NCBI RefSeq assembly: GCF_001194135.2
Contig: NC_069006.1
Span: 24,882,134-24,946,133 of the forward strand
Direction of reading: 5' to 3'
Length of the DNA stretch: 64,000 nt
Source of the DNA: Octopus bimaculoides
Taxonomy: Eukaryota
Made by a program: the position numbers and the translations under genes. This document shows positions 13,035 through 23,538 of the stretch, piece by piece. The notes beneath the pieces were generated by a model, which did no database searches, was not told the DNA's origin, and worked only from the letters and a program-made list of their open reading frames with translations. Each line of letters opens with the position of its first letter. Within the stretch, counting starts at the first letter, position 1.

Positions 13035-14663
13035 TAGTCAATCACCATCACATATCTTTCATTCCAAGATGTGTACACAATACCAGGCTGGATTTGATCT
13101 TGGACAACTTTTTTCAAATTAGGAAGTTTTATTTCTAAAATAAGAATAATGAGGATCAAATTTACTAGTTCTGAAATAAAGGGTCCTGGATATGACCCCT
13201 TACTTTAAAACTAAAACATTCCTAATTTGAATCCAGTTCAATAGTTCAGAAGGTTACTTTGCAACGATGTGGCTTCAGGTTCGATTCCATCGTGTGGCAT
13301 CTTTTACTATAGCCTCAGGCTGACCAAGACCTTGCAAGTGAAAGTGGGAGACGGAAACTGTGCGGAAGCCCGTCACGTGTATATATAGATATATATGTTT
13401 ATATGTGCATGTGCGTGTTTGTTTACGTGTCTGTCTTTTTGTTGACACCGCTCGAAAAACGATGCCCTGTGTTCAGGTCTCGTAACTTAGCAGTTCAACA
13501 AAGAGATTTGATAAAATACCAGACTTGAAAAAATTAAGTCCTGGTGTCAATATGATCAACTAAAATGCTTCAAGCTGTGCTCCAGCATGGCTGCAGTCTA
13601 ATGACTTAAACAAGTAAAAGAGTGCTTTGTACACATCCAGGAGTAAGACACCTGGAGACAGAAACTGAACCAACGCAGGCAGGTGTCAGATACCTGATTG
13701 ACAAAGACCAAACCAGCTCAGGCAGGTGTGATGTACACATCCAGGTGTAAGGTACTTGATGACACTTGATCCAACTGCTCAGGTGTAGAAGGTATGAATT
13801 AAAATTTTATCAATGTCTAAAGATGAAGCTGATAATCCAAAATCACATGACCTTATTAACGAGAAAATTAAGACAGTGACTGCAACAAAGGTAGTGATAA
13901 CTTCTAGACCATATTTTTTCTATTGACAAAGCAAAAGTTACCTTTTTTNNNNNNNNNNNNNNNNNNNNNNNNNNNNNNNNNNNNNNNNNNNNNNNNNNNN
14001 NNNNNNNNNNNNNNNNNNNNNNNNNNNNNNNNNNNNNNNNNNNNNNNNNNNNNNNNNNNNNNNNNNNNNNNNNNNNNNNNNNNNNNNNNNNNNNNNNNNN
14101 NNNNNNNNNNNNNNNNNNNNNNNNNNNNNNNNNNNNNNNNNNNNNNNNNNNNNNNNNNNNNNNNNNNNNNNNNNNNNNNNNNNNNNNNNNNNNNNNNNNN
14201 NNNNNNNNNNNNNNNNNNNNNNNNNNNNNNNNNNNNNNNNNNNNNNNNNNNNNNNNNNNNNNNNNNNNNNNNNNNNNNNNNNNNNNNNNNNNNNNNNNNN
14301 NNNNNNNNNNNNNNNNNNNNNNNNNNNNNNNNNNNNNNNNNNNNNNNNNNNNNNNNNNNNNNNNNNNNNNNNNNNNNNNNNNNNNNNNNNNNNNNNNNNN
14401 NNNNNNNNNNNNNNNNNNNNNNNNNNNNNNNNNNNNNNNNNNNNNNNNNNNNNNNNNNNNNNNNNNNNNNNNNNNNNNNNNNNNNNNNNNAGTAGTAGCA
14501 TTAGCAATGGTGATGATGATGATGATGACTATGATGATGATGATGATAACAGTAGTGACTGCAACGGACATAAGAGAGGATGAGAACCAGAGAGCAAGAG
14601 AGATATTCAACACTGGACAACGACAGCTCCTTACCTACCCACCCTGCTGCCTCCCCCACCAGA

Positions 14664-14699
<36 letters not shown>

Positions 14700-14934
14700 A
14701 TAGGTGTTGCATGAAGATCTGCATACTTGCCACACATTTCACAGGAGTAAAATGAAAAACCAAAATGTTTTAGAATCGAAAAGAGAAACATTCCAATTTT
14801 GACAATTGAAACCCCAAAACTGGATGTCTTAGAGACGAGAAAGAGGCGGGGGGGAAGCAAAAGACATTCTCAAACAGACAAAAGAAGAATGAATATATAA
14901 TGATTAGCCTATAATTGTATATGTTGGGGCTTGT

Positions 14935-14982
14935 GTGTGCATGTATATATACATACATGCATATATATATTTATATACATAT

Positions 14983-15021
<39 letters not shown>

Positions 15022-15085
15022 CATATACACATACATACATATCTATATATATACATATATACACATACACACATATATACATACA

Positions 15086-15125
<40 letters not shown>

Positions 15126-15330
15126 CATACATATGTATATACACACATATATACACACACACATATACATATACTTATATATATATACTTATATATACAT
15201 ACATATACATATATATGTACATACATATGCATTCATATACATACACACACATTTGTATTTACTAACGTACACATTTATGTATATGCATATGTATCTTTCA
15301 ACACACACACACACACATGTATTCACCAAC
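14935..15330. repeat. Compound (TA)n/(CA)n microsatellite, 3' of the KSR stop; many similar tracts throughout the window
   Basis: Directly visible in the sequence. Confidence 0.95.
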
Positions 15331-15702
15331 ACACACACAAGATGGCCAAGAAATGGTTTTAAATCATGCACACCCTTCTGCATATTCACACATATGTACA
15401 TAGACCATCATGCCCTCCCACTGATACACACACATCACGAACATTAAATCTACACAAAATTGGAAGAAAACAATATAACTGGACCAACTGCTATTACAAT
15501 TATTTTTATGTCCCAATCACAAAAGTTGTTCCCCAGCAATTTAAACGTCGACACAGCACACTTTGGAAAGTGTTGACAGTCAACGACTGTCACTTGTGTC
15601 AGATTACCTGACAAAGTTCTTCCGCAATCAACTTTAATGCCTCTATCCAACCATGGTGCATAGTTATTCTCTGTTTCAGATATATATCCACACACATATA
15701 CG

Positions 15703-15750
<48 letters not shown>

Positions 15751-16387
15751 TATATACACATACATATATACATACATATGCATACACACAAACATATACG
15801 TATATATACTCTTAAACAAGAATGTTGTTGAAAGTAACTATGCTATCGTTGGACTAAAGCGGCCAAAACTTCAAAGTCACTATCAACAATATCCTTGTTT
15901 AGGAATAAACTTGCACTCTACAGAAGTATAGAGCATTCCTTCAAATTTATGTAAAATTGGTTTTTACGATAACTAAACATCAATATATTCACAAATATGT
16001 ATGTATGTATTGTCTTTAACTGTGGAACTCATCAGGGTATATATATAAACAGCATGTAAGTATGGGGTCAAAAACCCTTTTGGATTCAAGAAAGTCAAAG
16101 GCTGTACATGGGACTTTACCTATCCAAAAAGGGGTTTTAAGCTGATATTTACAGGTTATTTGGTTACAGCTTTATCTGCTTTGAGTTCAACAGTTAAAAA
16201 TGAATTATTTCAAGTTCTCTCAAAGTTTCTAAATTCATATGGCATAAACAATATATACACACACACACATGTGTGTGTATGTATATGCATGTATACATTT
16301 TCTCTCTCTTTATATATATATATATATATTTATATATATGAGACAGAAGGTAACAGATAAGCACATACATGGGTATGTGTATATACA

Positions 16388-16434
<47 letters not shown>

Positions 16435-16466
16435 ATACACACACTTATGTATTATGACTCTTTCTC

Positions 16467-16529
<63 letters not shown>

Positions 16530-16744
16530 CATACATACATGAAGATGGATAGACATATGTGTGTATTCAGACGTACTCACCTAAATGTAGACACACCCGC
16601 CCACCTACCCCCATACACATAAAATGGTGCTGCATGCAAAGTTGGTTGGTTTGTTGGTTGGTTGGTTGGCTGGCTCTCATTCATCACAAGCAGGTGCCCC
16701 ACCCACCCCTAGTTTCCGCACTTGTCCACCCTCACACTGTTTGT

Positions 16745-16903
16745 TCAGGCAACGTACACAGAGTCAACGCTCCTCGAGAGATGAACTGGATGTGAGGGAC
16801 TGCGAATCAATGGTTTCCTTGGTATCCGAGCCAAGGCCCGTGGTATCTGGCTGAACTCAGGCCGGTCCTTAGGATCGAAACCCCAACAATCCATGAGGAT
16901 ATC
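16745..16903 (-). CDS. KSR: KSR terminal coding exon, DILMDCWGFDPKDRPEFSQI...RSPSHPVHLSRSVDSVYVA-stop
   Basis: atttgcag acceptor, TGA at 16745-16747. Subdomain XI CW....RP.F and the C-terminal RSPSHP 14-3-3-type site. Confidence 0.95.
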   Translation of the reverse strand, partial: DILMDCWGFDPKDRPEFSQIPRALARIPRKPLIRSPSHPVHLSRSVDSVYVA

Positions 16904-17223
16904 CTGCAAATAGATTAATGGAAGGGCCTCAAATATTGATGAACAATCAACTGTGCGTGTGTGTGTGTGTGTGTCATTGCATATAAGTTGGTGTTTGTGT
17001 ATACAAGTGCAAATATAAAATAGGCTGAACATGGAAGCAAATAAATAAATAAAAAAAAAATTACAAAAAAACCCCCAAAACAATTGTAGAACTGTAACTT
17101 GATATTAATGCAAAGGCTAAGTAAGGATTGAACATGCAATCTATGGCTTTGAAGTCAGATGTTCTGAAACATTGAAACAAACTTTAGAGATATTTGTCTT
17201 TGAATGTATCATGTTTTAATGTG

Positions 17224-17266
<43 letters not shown>

Positions 17267-17373
17267 TCAGACAAACATACATATTGCAGACAAACACACA
17301 CACACATCACATGACAAATGTCGGTTAATCCTGTTGTTGAAGCCAGTGAATGGTGACTGCAGTCTCAACTCAC

Positions 17374-17503
17374 CTTGACATCCCTGGAAGTAATGATATG
17401 ACACAAAGACTGTTTAATTCCTCGTCCCACCTGCCAAATAATGCTCTCTGGAGGCTGCTGTTTGAAAGGCCATTCCCCACAAAGCAGTTCGTACCAAACC
17501 GTT
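17374..17503 (-). CDS. KSR: KSR kinase exon (IX-X), TVWYELLCGEWPFKQQPPESIIWQVGRGIKQSLCHIITSRDVK
   Basis: cttgcag acceptor, gtgagt donor, 130 nt, phase 2-0. Confidence 0.95.
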
Positions 17504-17946
17504 CTGCAAGAAACAAGAAATTCATGGATTAAAAACACAAGCAAAAACAAAAAAATTTTTCAAAGCAAAGAAATAACAGAAATTCAAGGTTTTTCCTTGT
17601 TTAATATTTCAGAAAGGAACTGAGCTGTTGTTTAACCCCAGGTCAAGTAGACCCATAACCAAACAAGCGTGGGTCAGGTATGGAGCCATGTAAAAGCACC
17701 CAGCATGGTTTCTATGGCTGGATGCATTAGGAAGGGCACATAGCTGTAGAAACCATGCCAAATCAGACTGGAGTCTGGTGTAGCTCCCAAGCTTGCAAGC
17801 TCTGGTCAAACCGTCCAACCCATGCCAGCACGGACAATGAATTGTTACACGATAGTGATGACGGTGATGACAATTTATATGTGCATGTGTGTGCACACAC
17901 GGTTTCAATTTAAGGGCCACCATGTAAGAGTCAGCCAAATACTTAC

Positions 17947-18087
17947 CCAAATGCGTATGTGTCGGATTTCTTAGAGAAAGGCAGTTCCGTGTTAGCTGCC
18001 TGGGTGTTCCCTGCTTGTAATGACCTCATAATCTCTGGAGATAAGTAGCACAGCCAGCCGAGAGGAATTGCAAGGCAATCGCCTTTC
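17947..18087 (-). CDS. KSR: KSR kinase exon (VIII-IX), KGDCLAIPLGWLCYLSPEIMRSL...ELPFSKKSDTYAF
   Basis: gtttcag acceptor, gtaagt donor, 141 nt, phase 2-2. IP.GWLCYL.PEI is the KSR MEK-binding signature. Confidence 0.96.
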
Positions 18088-18864
18088 CTGAAACAACACA
18101 GGGAGAAAAATTACACAACTGCAGATACACAATCTTCTGGCCATTATAATAATAAAAACAACAACAATAATAATCTTTACCACTCAAGGCACAAGGCCTG
18201 AAATTTTGGGGGAGGGGGCCAGTCATTAGATCGACTCCAGTACGCAACTGGTACTTAATTTATTGATCCTGAGAGGATTAAAGGCAAAGCTGACCTAGGT
18301 GGAATTTGAACTCAGAACATAGTGGCAGACGAAATACCGCTAAGCATTTCTCCCGACATGAAAACAATTCTACCAGCTTGCCGCCTTCACCGTTCTCGTA
18401 ATAATAATAACTTCTTGCTTTGATGTAATGCCAGAAATCTAGGGCCAGTGGGCCAATGGGTCAGTCGACTAGGTCTACCCCAGTGCTTGATAGCTGGTTT
18501 ATTTTACTGACCAAGGAAGGTTGGAAGGCAAAGTTGCCACTCGTGGGATTTGAACATGGAATGTAAAGAACTGTAAATAAAACACAAGGAATTTTTTCTG
18601 ATGTTTTCATGATTCCGCCACTGAGTTTTGGAGTTGGTGGAAATATTGTTAGAATGATCTTAGATGTACAGATCAGTAGGTGTTTAATGAGAGGGAGAGA
18701 GAGAGAGAGGATGGAGGAAGAGACAAATAGGAAAAGAGTGGGACAAAGACAGGAAGAGAGAGGACAAAAGATAGATAGAAAGGTGAGAGAGAAGAACAGA
18801 GAGGGAGATAGACAGAGGGAAGAGAGAAAGAGAGAGAGACAAGAGAGAGAAGCAGGGAACTTAC

Positions 18865-19001
18865 CTATTTCCATGACACCATTTAGTAAGATTGAATAAA
18901 CCAAAATCGGTGATAACAACTTTGCCTGTCTCTTCCCAAAATATATTTTTAGTCTTCAAATCTTTGTGTATTATTCCCCTTGCATGTAAGTACCCCATGC
19001 C
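18865..19001 (-). CDS. KSR: KSR kinase exon (VIb-VII), [45 protein letters not shown]
   Basis: tttgcag acceptor, gtaagt donor, 137 nt, phase 0-2. HKDLK.KN and ITDFGLF are typical of KSR (HKD in place of HRD). Confidence 0.96.
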
Positions 19002-19271
19002 CTGCAAACAAAACAAGTGTGAAAATAAATAACTAAAAATAACAAACTTCATATCGTACACACATTCATGAAATCAATTCACATCATTGGGTTGAGATGG
19101 TGTAATTTAGATGGCATTCTGTTGGTTCTTGTTGATCCGAGCGACTGAACAGTTTGAACATGCAACAGATAAGAATATTTAGGCTGGATCTGGCCAGTTT
19201 AAATGCTAAAGAGTTAAACACACACACACACACACACATACCAACAGGTAGAGAGACGGAATAACACTGAC

Positions 19272-19368
19272 CTGTGCTATTTGAGTAGCGATATATACAG
19301 TTTTGCTGAATTGGAACTTTTGACGAAATTCGTAAATGCTTGAAAAGAGTGATTTCCCTTTACAGAAG
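19272..19368 (-). CDS. KSR: KSR kinase exon (V-VIa), FCKGKSLFSSIYEFRQKFQFSKTVYIATQIAQ
   Basis: atttcag acceptor, gtcagt donor, 97 nt, phase 2-0. Confidence 0.93.
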
Positions 19369-19781
19369 CTGAAATAAACAACAATAATAATAGCAATCAA
19401 AGGGATGTGAATTCGAGTCTCATGGCTGGTTGCTGACAAAATTTTCCCCGCTTTATATGGATATTTTATCCTTTCTCTGCTGTTCTATCAGCGTTTCTGA
19501 ATAAATTATTTCCTTATCTGTATCTTACAATACAGTGATAGTGTGCACACCAGCACACACTCACGTATAGTGTGTGACTGTATAGGATTTTGTGTGTGTG
19601 CGTGTATAATTTTAAGTGATGTATATCAATCAAGGATGAAAATACTGGTAAGAAATGGTGGGAGGGGAAAACTCCACAAAAAGTTATGAACAAAGTCCCT
19701 AGAAATTTTTGTTTTGCACTGAGTTATTGACACTCCCTGGTCACTCTCCCCAACCAAAATACAACGAACTAGTGACTGGCT

Positions 19782-19821
<40 letters not shown>

Positions 19822-19888
19822 AGGGAATAGAGAGGAGAAGATAGCAAAGAAGAATGGCCAGAGATAAATATATTAACAATTGAGGTAC

Positions 19889-19977
19889 CTGGTCACGATG
19901 GCTAAATCTGGGGGCTTCATACAAGCACCCATGAAGAGAACCAAATTTTCATGTCGTGTCTTCTTTAGCATTGCCAC
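19889..19977 (-). CDS. KSR: KSR kinase exon (III-V), [29 protein letters not shown]
   Basis: gtttcag acceptor, gtacct donor, 89 nt, phase 0-2. Contains the RAF-family side-to-side dimer motif [10 protein letters not shown]. Confidence 0.95.
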
Positions 19978-20190
19978 CTGAAACACAAGAACACATTATG
20001 GAAACTATAAGGAAGCCATGTCATGTATGTGTGTGTGAGAGAGAGAGCATATGCATGTGTGTGTGAGAGAGAGAGAGTGTGTGTATATGTGTGTACAAGA
20101 GAGTGTATGTGTGTGTACGAAGAGTGTGTGTGTGTGTGTATGTATGTAGTTTGTTTGCATAGAAGTGAGATGCAGTGAAGTGCTTCTTAC

Positions 20191-20281
20191 CTCCAATTTG
20201 AAAGCAGACAGTTGTGCTTGGAAGTCTGACGTTGGGTCTATGTTTAGTTTCTTTATAGCTACGTCCCCATGCCAATGGCCT
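20191..20281 (-). CDS. KSR: KSR kinase exon (II-III), GHWHGDVAIKKLNIDPTSDFQAQLSAFKLE
   Basis: attgcag acceptor, gtaaga donor, 91 nt, phase 2-0. Contains WHGDVAIK. Confidence 0.95.
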
Positions 20282-20385
20282 CTGCAATCAGAGAGAGAGG
20301 CTTTAGTTGGTGGCCTTACACAAACAGTCTATAGTCCTTAGCTAAACACAAACACTGCATGTAGTCACACGTGAATACTAACATC

Positions 20386-20561
20386 CATACTAAACACACA
20401 GCATCAGTTGATAGTTAGATACAGTGCATAGGCTCCAGCTACAGACATTGGTATTGTACATAAGTGTTTATACTGAAGTAACGTAATATAGAGTGTGTCT
20501 GTCTGTACCTGGAGCCTAAGCACTGTATCTGACTATCGACTGATGCTGTGTGTTTAGTATG
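20386..20561. other. Long intronic inverted repeat (62-bp arms, 58/62 paired, 52-nt loop)
   Basis: 20386-20447 is the reverse complement of 20500-20561 with 4 mismatches. Confidence 0.92.
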
Positions 20562-20642
20562 CATGTTGTGGTGAGAGAGAGAGAGAGAGAGACTGAGCTG
20601 TGGTATATAAAAGCTGAAGCAGAAACCAAGGTTGATACTTAC

Positions 20643-20734
20643 TTATGTACAATACCAAACCGCCCTATGCCTATTCTGTCTCCAATAGTAATATCTTCAA
20701 AAGGAATATTCCACTCTTTCAGTTGAACAGACAG
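20643..20734 (-). CDS. KSR: KSR kinase exon (subdomain I), LSVQLKEWNIPFEDITIGDRIGIGRFGIVH
   Basis: tttgtag acceptor, gtaagt donor, 92 nt, phase 0-2. Contains EW.IP and the GxGRFG glycine loop. Confidence 0.95.
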
Positions 20735-21563
20735 CTACAAACAACAAGAAAAACACTATGTTGAAAATACACAAAATAATAAAGAAAAAAACAAAAACAC
20801 ATGTCTATCGAAATTTATGAGGTAAGTAATTAATATAATTATAACTTTTTAGAATAATTGACTTCATCGTCAGAGATGAAAATATATTTAATATTTACTT
20901 CATTCACACTAGGTTCATCTGGTTTCCATTTATCTTCACGTGCTGTTGTATTCCAAGGTGTGTACATGGCCCCAAATTGGATTTGAACTAAGGACTTTCA
21001 TCTATAAACTAAAGCCAACAATGGGCCTTCAAATCTCCCCTCTTCATTACGGCACTCTGTCAACTTTGTTAAGGTTATTTCTAGTCTTAGACTCTGTCAA
21101 CTGTTTATATTGACTATTTCCAAACACAGACCCTCACCAATTTCTTCAGGATCAACCTGTTTCCCATAATAAACTAACCACTTGTGACAAATTGTTTTTA
21201 ATGGAAGCAATGAAAGGCCCCATACGGTTGTGTAGCAACAAGACCCTCAGGTAGAACAAGCACCCGGATATATCATAGCTTATCAAGTCTTGTCTGACAA
21301 CGATGATGATCATTTAACATCTGTTTTCCATGTTGGCATGGGTTGGACAGCTTGACAGGAGATGGCGAGGCCGGGGACCACATCAGGTCCCACTGTTTCA
21401 GTTACAGCTGGATGCCCTTACTCATGCCAACCACTTTACAGAGTATACTTGGTACTTTTTACGTGGGACCAGTGCCAGTTCCTTTTTACTTGGTACCAGC
21501 ACCAACTCAAGGGATAATCCTGGAAACCCTGCAAAGTTGCTATAAAACCTTAGATTTACTTAC

Positions 21564-21656
21564 ACTGTGTTGCCGGGTCCAGCTGTGTTCTGATGAATCC
21601 TCGGGGGCCAACTCAGAGGAATCAACTCTGTCCAGCAGAGTCTTATCCTCTATACT
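21564..21656 (-). CDS. KSR: KSR exon, SIEDKTLLDRVDSSELAPEDSSEHSWTRQHS
   Basis: gtttgcag acceptor, gtaagt donor, 93 nt, phase 0-0. Has the DRVDS...W.RQ.S pre-kinase motifs. Confidence 0.88.
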
Positions 21657-21704
21657 CTGCAAACAAGAACATTACAATGTTAACAAACCAAATACCAGTC
21701 ATAT

Positions 21705-22300
21705 CAGAGGTTCTCAACCATTTTTTTTTTTGGCCCGTGGACCCTTTATGATTCTTATTTTACATAAGGACGGACGAAATGGTGTTATGCATATTTTGTC
21801 TGGCATGCTAATGATTCTGCCAGCTGACCACAATATATTATGATTAAATATTAAGATGTGTATAAAATAAAAATTATTAAAATGTCTTGTGTATGGTACA
21901 AGTATAACCAATTCATCTATATATATATAAAACTGAGAATGCATGCACATGTGTGTGTGCATGCATCCCTAAAACTCAAGAACTATCCCAACCAATTTCA
22001 TTCAAATTTTACATATACACTACATAAGGTCTATGGTGTATCATGGGCCAAAAAAATGTTCAACTTCTTGCCTAATGCAACCCTGGAGCAATCTCTTAGA
22101 TTGCTTCAGTATTATGTGTTAAAAGTGAAACAATAACATCTCTATTGTAACGTGAGATAATAGTTTCAGTTTTAATAGTTTCACTATATATATAATATAT
22201 ACATAGTGAAACCATTACTCTGCTAGTTACACATAATTTTTGACCACTAAATTTTATAAGGACTTCCAAGGGTCATGTGGACCTTGGTTGAGAACCATTG
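21705..22300. mobile_element. hAT-type MITE carrying a nested insertion
   Basis: CAGAGGTTCTCAACC / GGTTGAGAACCATTG TIRs (13/15 match). Degenerate 8-bp flanks agtcatat / agttacac. Confidence 0.6.
21916..22226 (+). mobile_element. Non-autonomous Helitron-like element nested in the hAT MITE
   Basis: A|TCTATATATATATAAAA ... CTAG|T termini, no TSD, internal (GT)n. The 3' hairpin is weak. Confidence 0.45.
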
Positions 22301-22347
22301 AGTTACACAAATGAATTATAAGACTGTTTAATACCAGTCATACTTAC

Positions 22348-22396
22348 AGGTACAAGGGTTCTATCGCTGTCATCAGATGTTGTGGTGTTGACATCA
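22348..22396 (-). CDS. KSR: KSR linker exon, DVNTTTSDDSDRTLVP
   Basis: atttcag acceptor, gtaagt donor, 49 nt, phase 2-0. Confidence 0.8.
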
Positions 22397-22881
22397 CTGA
22401 AATATATAAACAAGACGAATGTAATAGCATATCATCTTTCATTTTCCAAACAACAAAATGCATTTCCCAATAAATTTTGAGCTTATTGTAGCTGGTGGCT
22501 CACAGGGAGAATGTGAAATTCAAATAGCTAGATGTGAAGTGCTGGGGAAATACCACCCACTTTGGGAACCGTTGGGTTAGAGCATTGGGCTTACAACCAC
22601 GAGGTAGTGAGTTTGATTTCTGGACTGGACTGTGTGTTGTGTTCTTGAGCAAGACACTTTATTTCACATTGCTCCAGTTCACTCAGCTGTAGAAATGAGT
22701 GCCAAGCTGTATCAGCCTTTGCTTTTTCCTTGGATAACATCGGTGGTGTGGAGCAGAGAGGCTGGTATCTTCCTAAAACTAGCTTAATGATAACAAAGTT
22801 ATTTTACTAAATTCTAACCTAACCCTAATCCACACGAAACTCAGAAAAATATTCTAAGATATAAGAAAACTTCCAACTTAC

Positions 22882-22942
22882 ATATCTTGTGAGTAATCAA
22901 GATTTTTGCTTAGATGAGGATCAATAACGCCGTCAACAACAT
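22882..22942 (-). CDS. KSR: KSR linker exon, DVVDGVIDPHLSKNLDYSQD
   Basis: cattttag acceptor, gtaagt donor, 61 nt, phase 1-2. Confidence 0.75.
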
Positions 22943-23354
22943 CTAAAATGATAGAAAATTGAAGATCAATGACAATTCCAAGTATCAACAGAATGGTCTT
23001 GCTGTTTGGGGGGGGGGGGAAGAAAACAAACAATATTGTTAATAACAACAAAACAAAAACAAAAATTACAAAAGACATTTCATAGAAACTGAGGTTTTAG
23101 TTTGGAAATTTCTTCAGCATTTACATTTCCAGTGTTGATTCTTTTATAGATACCAACCTGCTGGAGAATGAGTCACAAACACCAGTTTAATTAGGCAATT
23201 AATTTTGTTAAACCTCTCCAATCACAGATAATTTTTTTCCAAAATTAATTGAAACATGTAAGCAGTGTTTTAGAAAAAGGATAAAGCTTAACCATTTAGC
23301 ATTTAGATTACTCTTAAAAAATGAAATGCTTCTTTATTCCAATTTTCCTTTCCG

Positions 23355-23538
23355 TTAACCCTTTTGATACCAACCCAGCTGAAACCACCCAATCTTCCAC
23401 CAAACCTTAGTCACAATTTATGCTCTTAACACTAGCTTAATGATAACGAAGTTATTTTACTAAATTCTTTGTTATATTCAAAATTAATTGAAAGAAACAC
23501 AGAGCATCTCAAAAGAAATACAGTAACGAAAGGGTTAA
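23355..23538. mobile_element. TTAA-flanked MITE, family A
   Basis: TTAACCCTTTTGATAC ... GTAACGAAAGGGTTAA imperfect TIRs. Confidence 0.7.

Noticed and set aside
7854-14613. Long ORF calls spanning N runs (also at 35.4-36.0 kb and 48.2-48.7 kb)
   Set aside because: They are open only because N codons contain no stops.
14904-15931. Overlapping YI/HT/VC-rich ORFs
   Set aside because: Translations of dinucleotide microsatellites.
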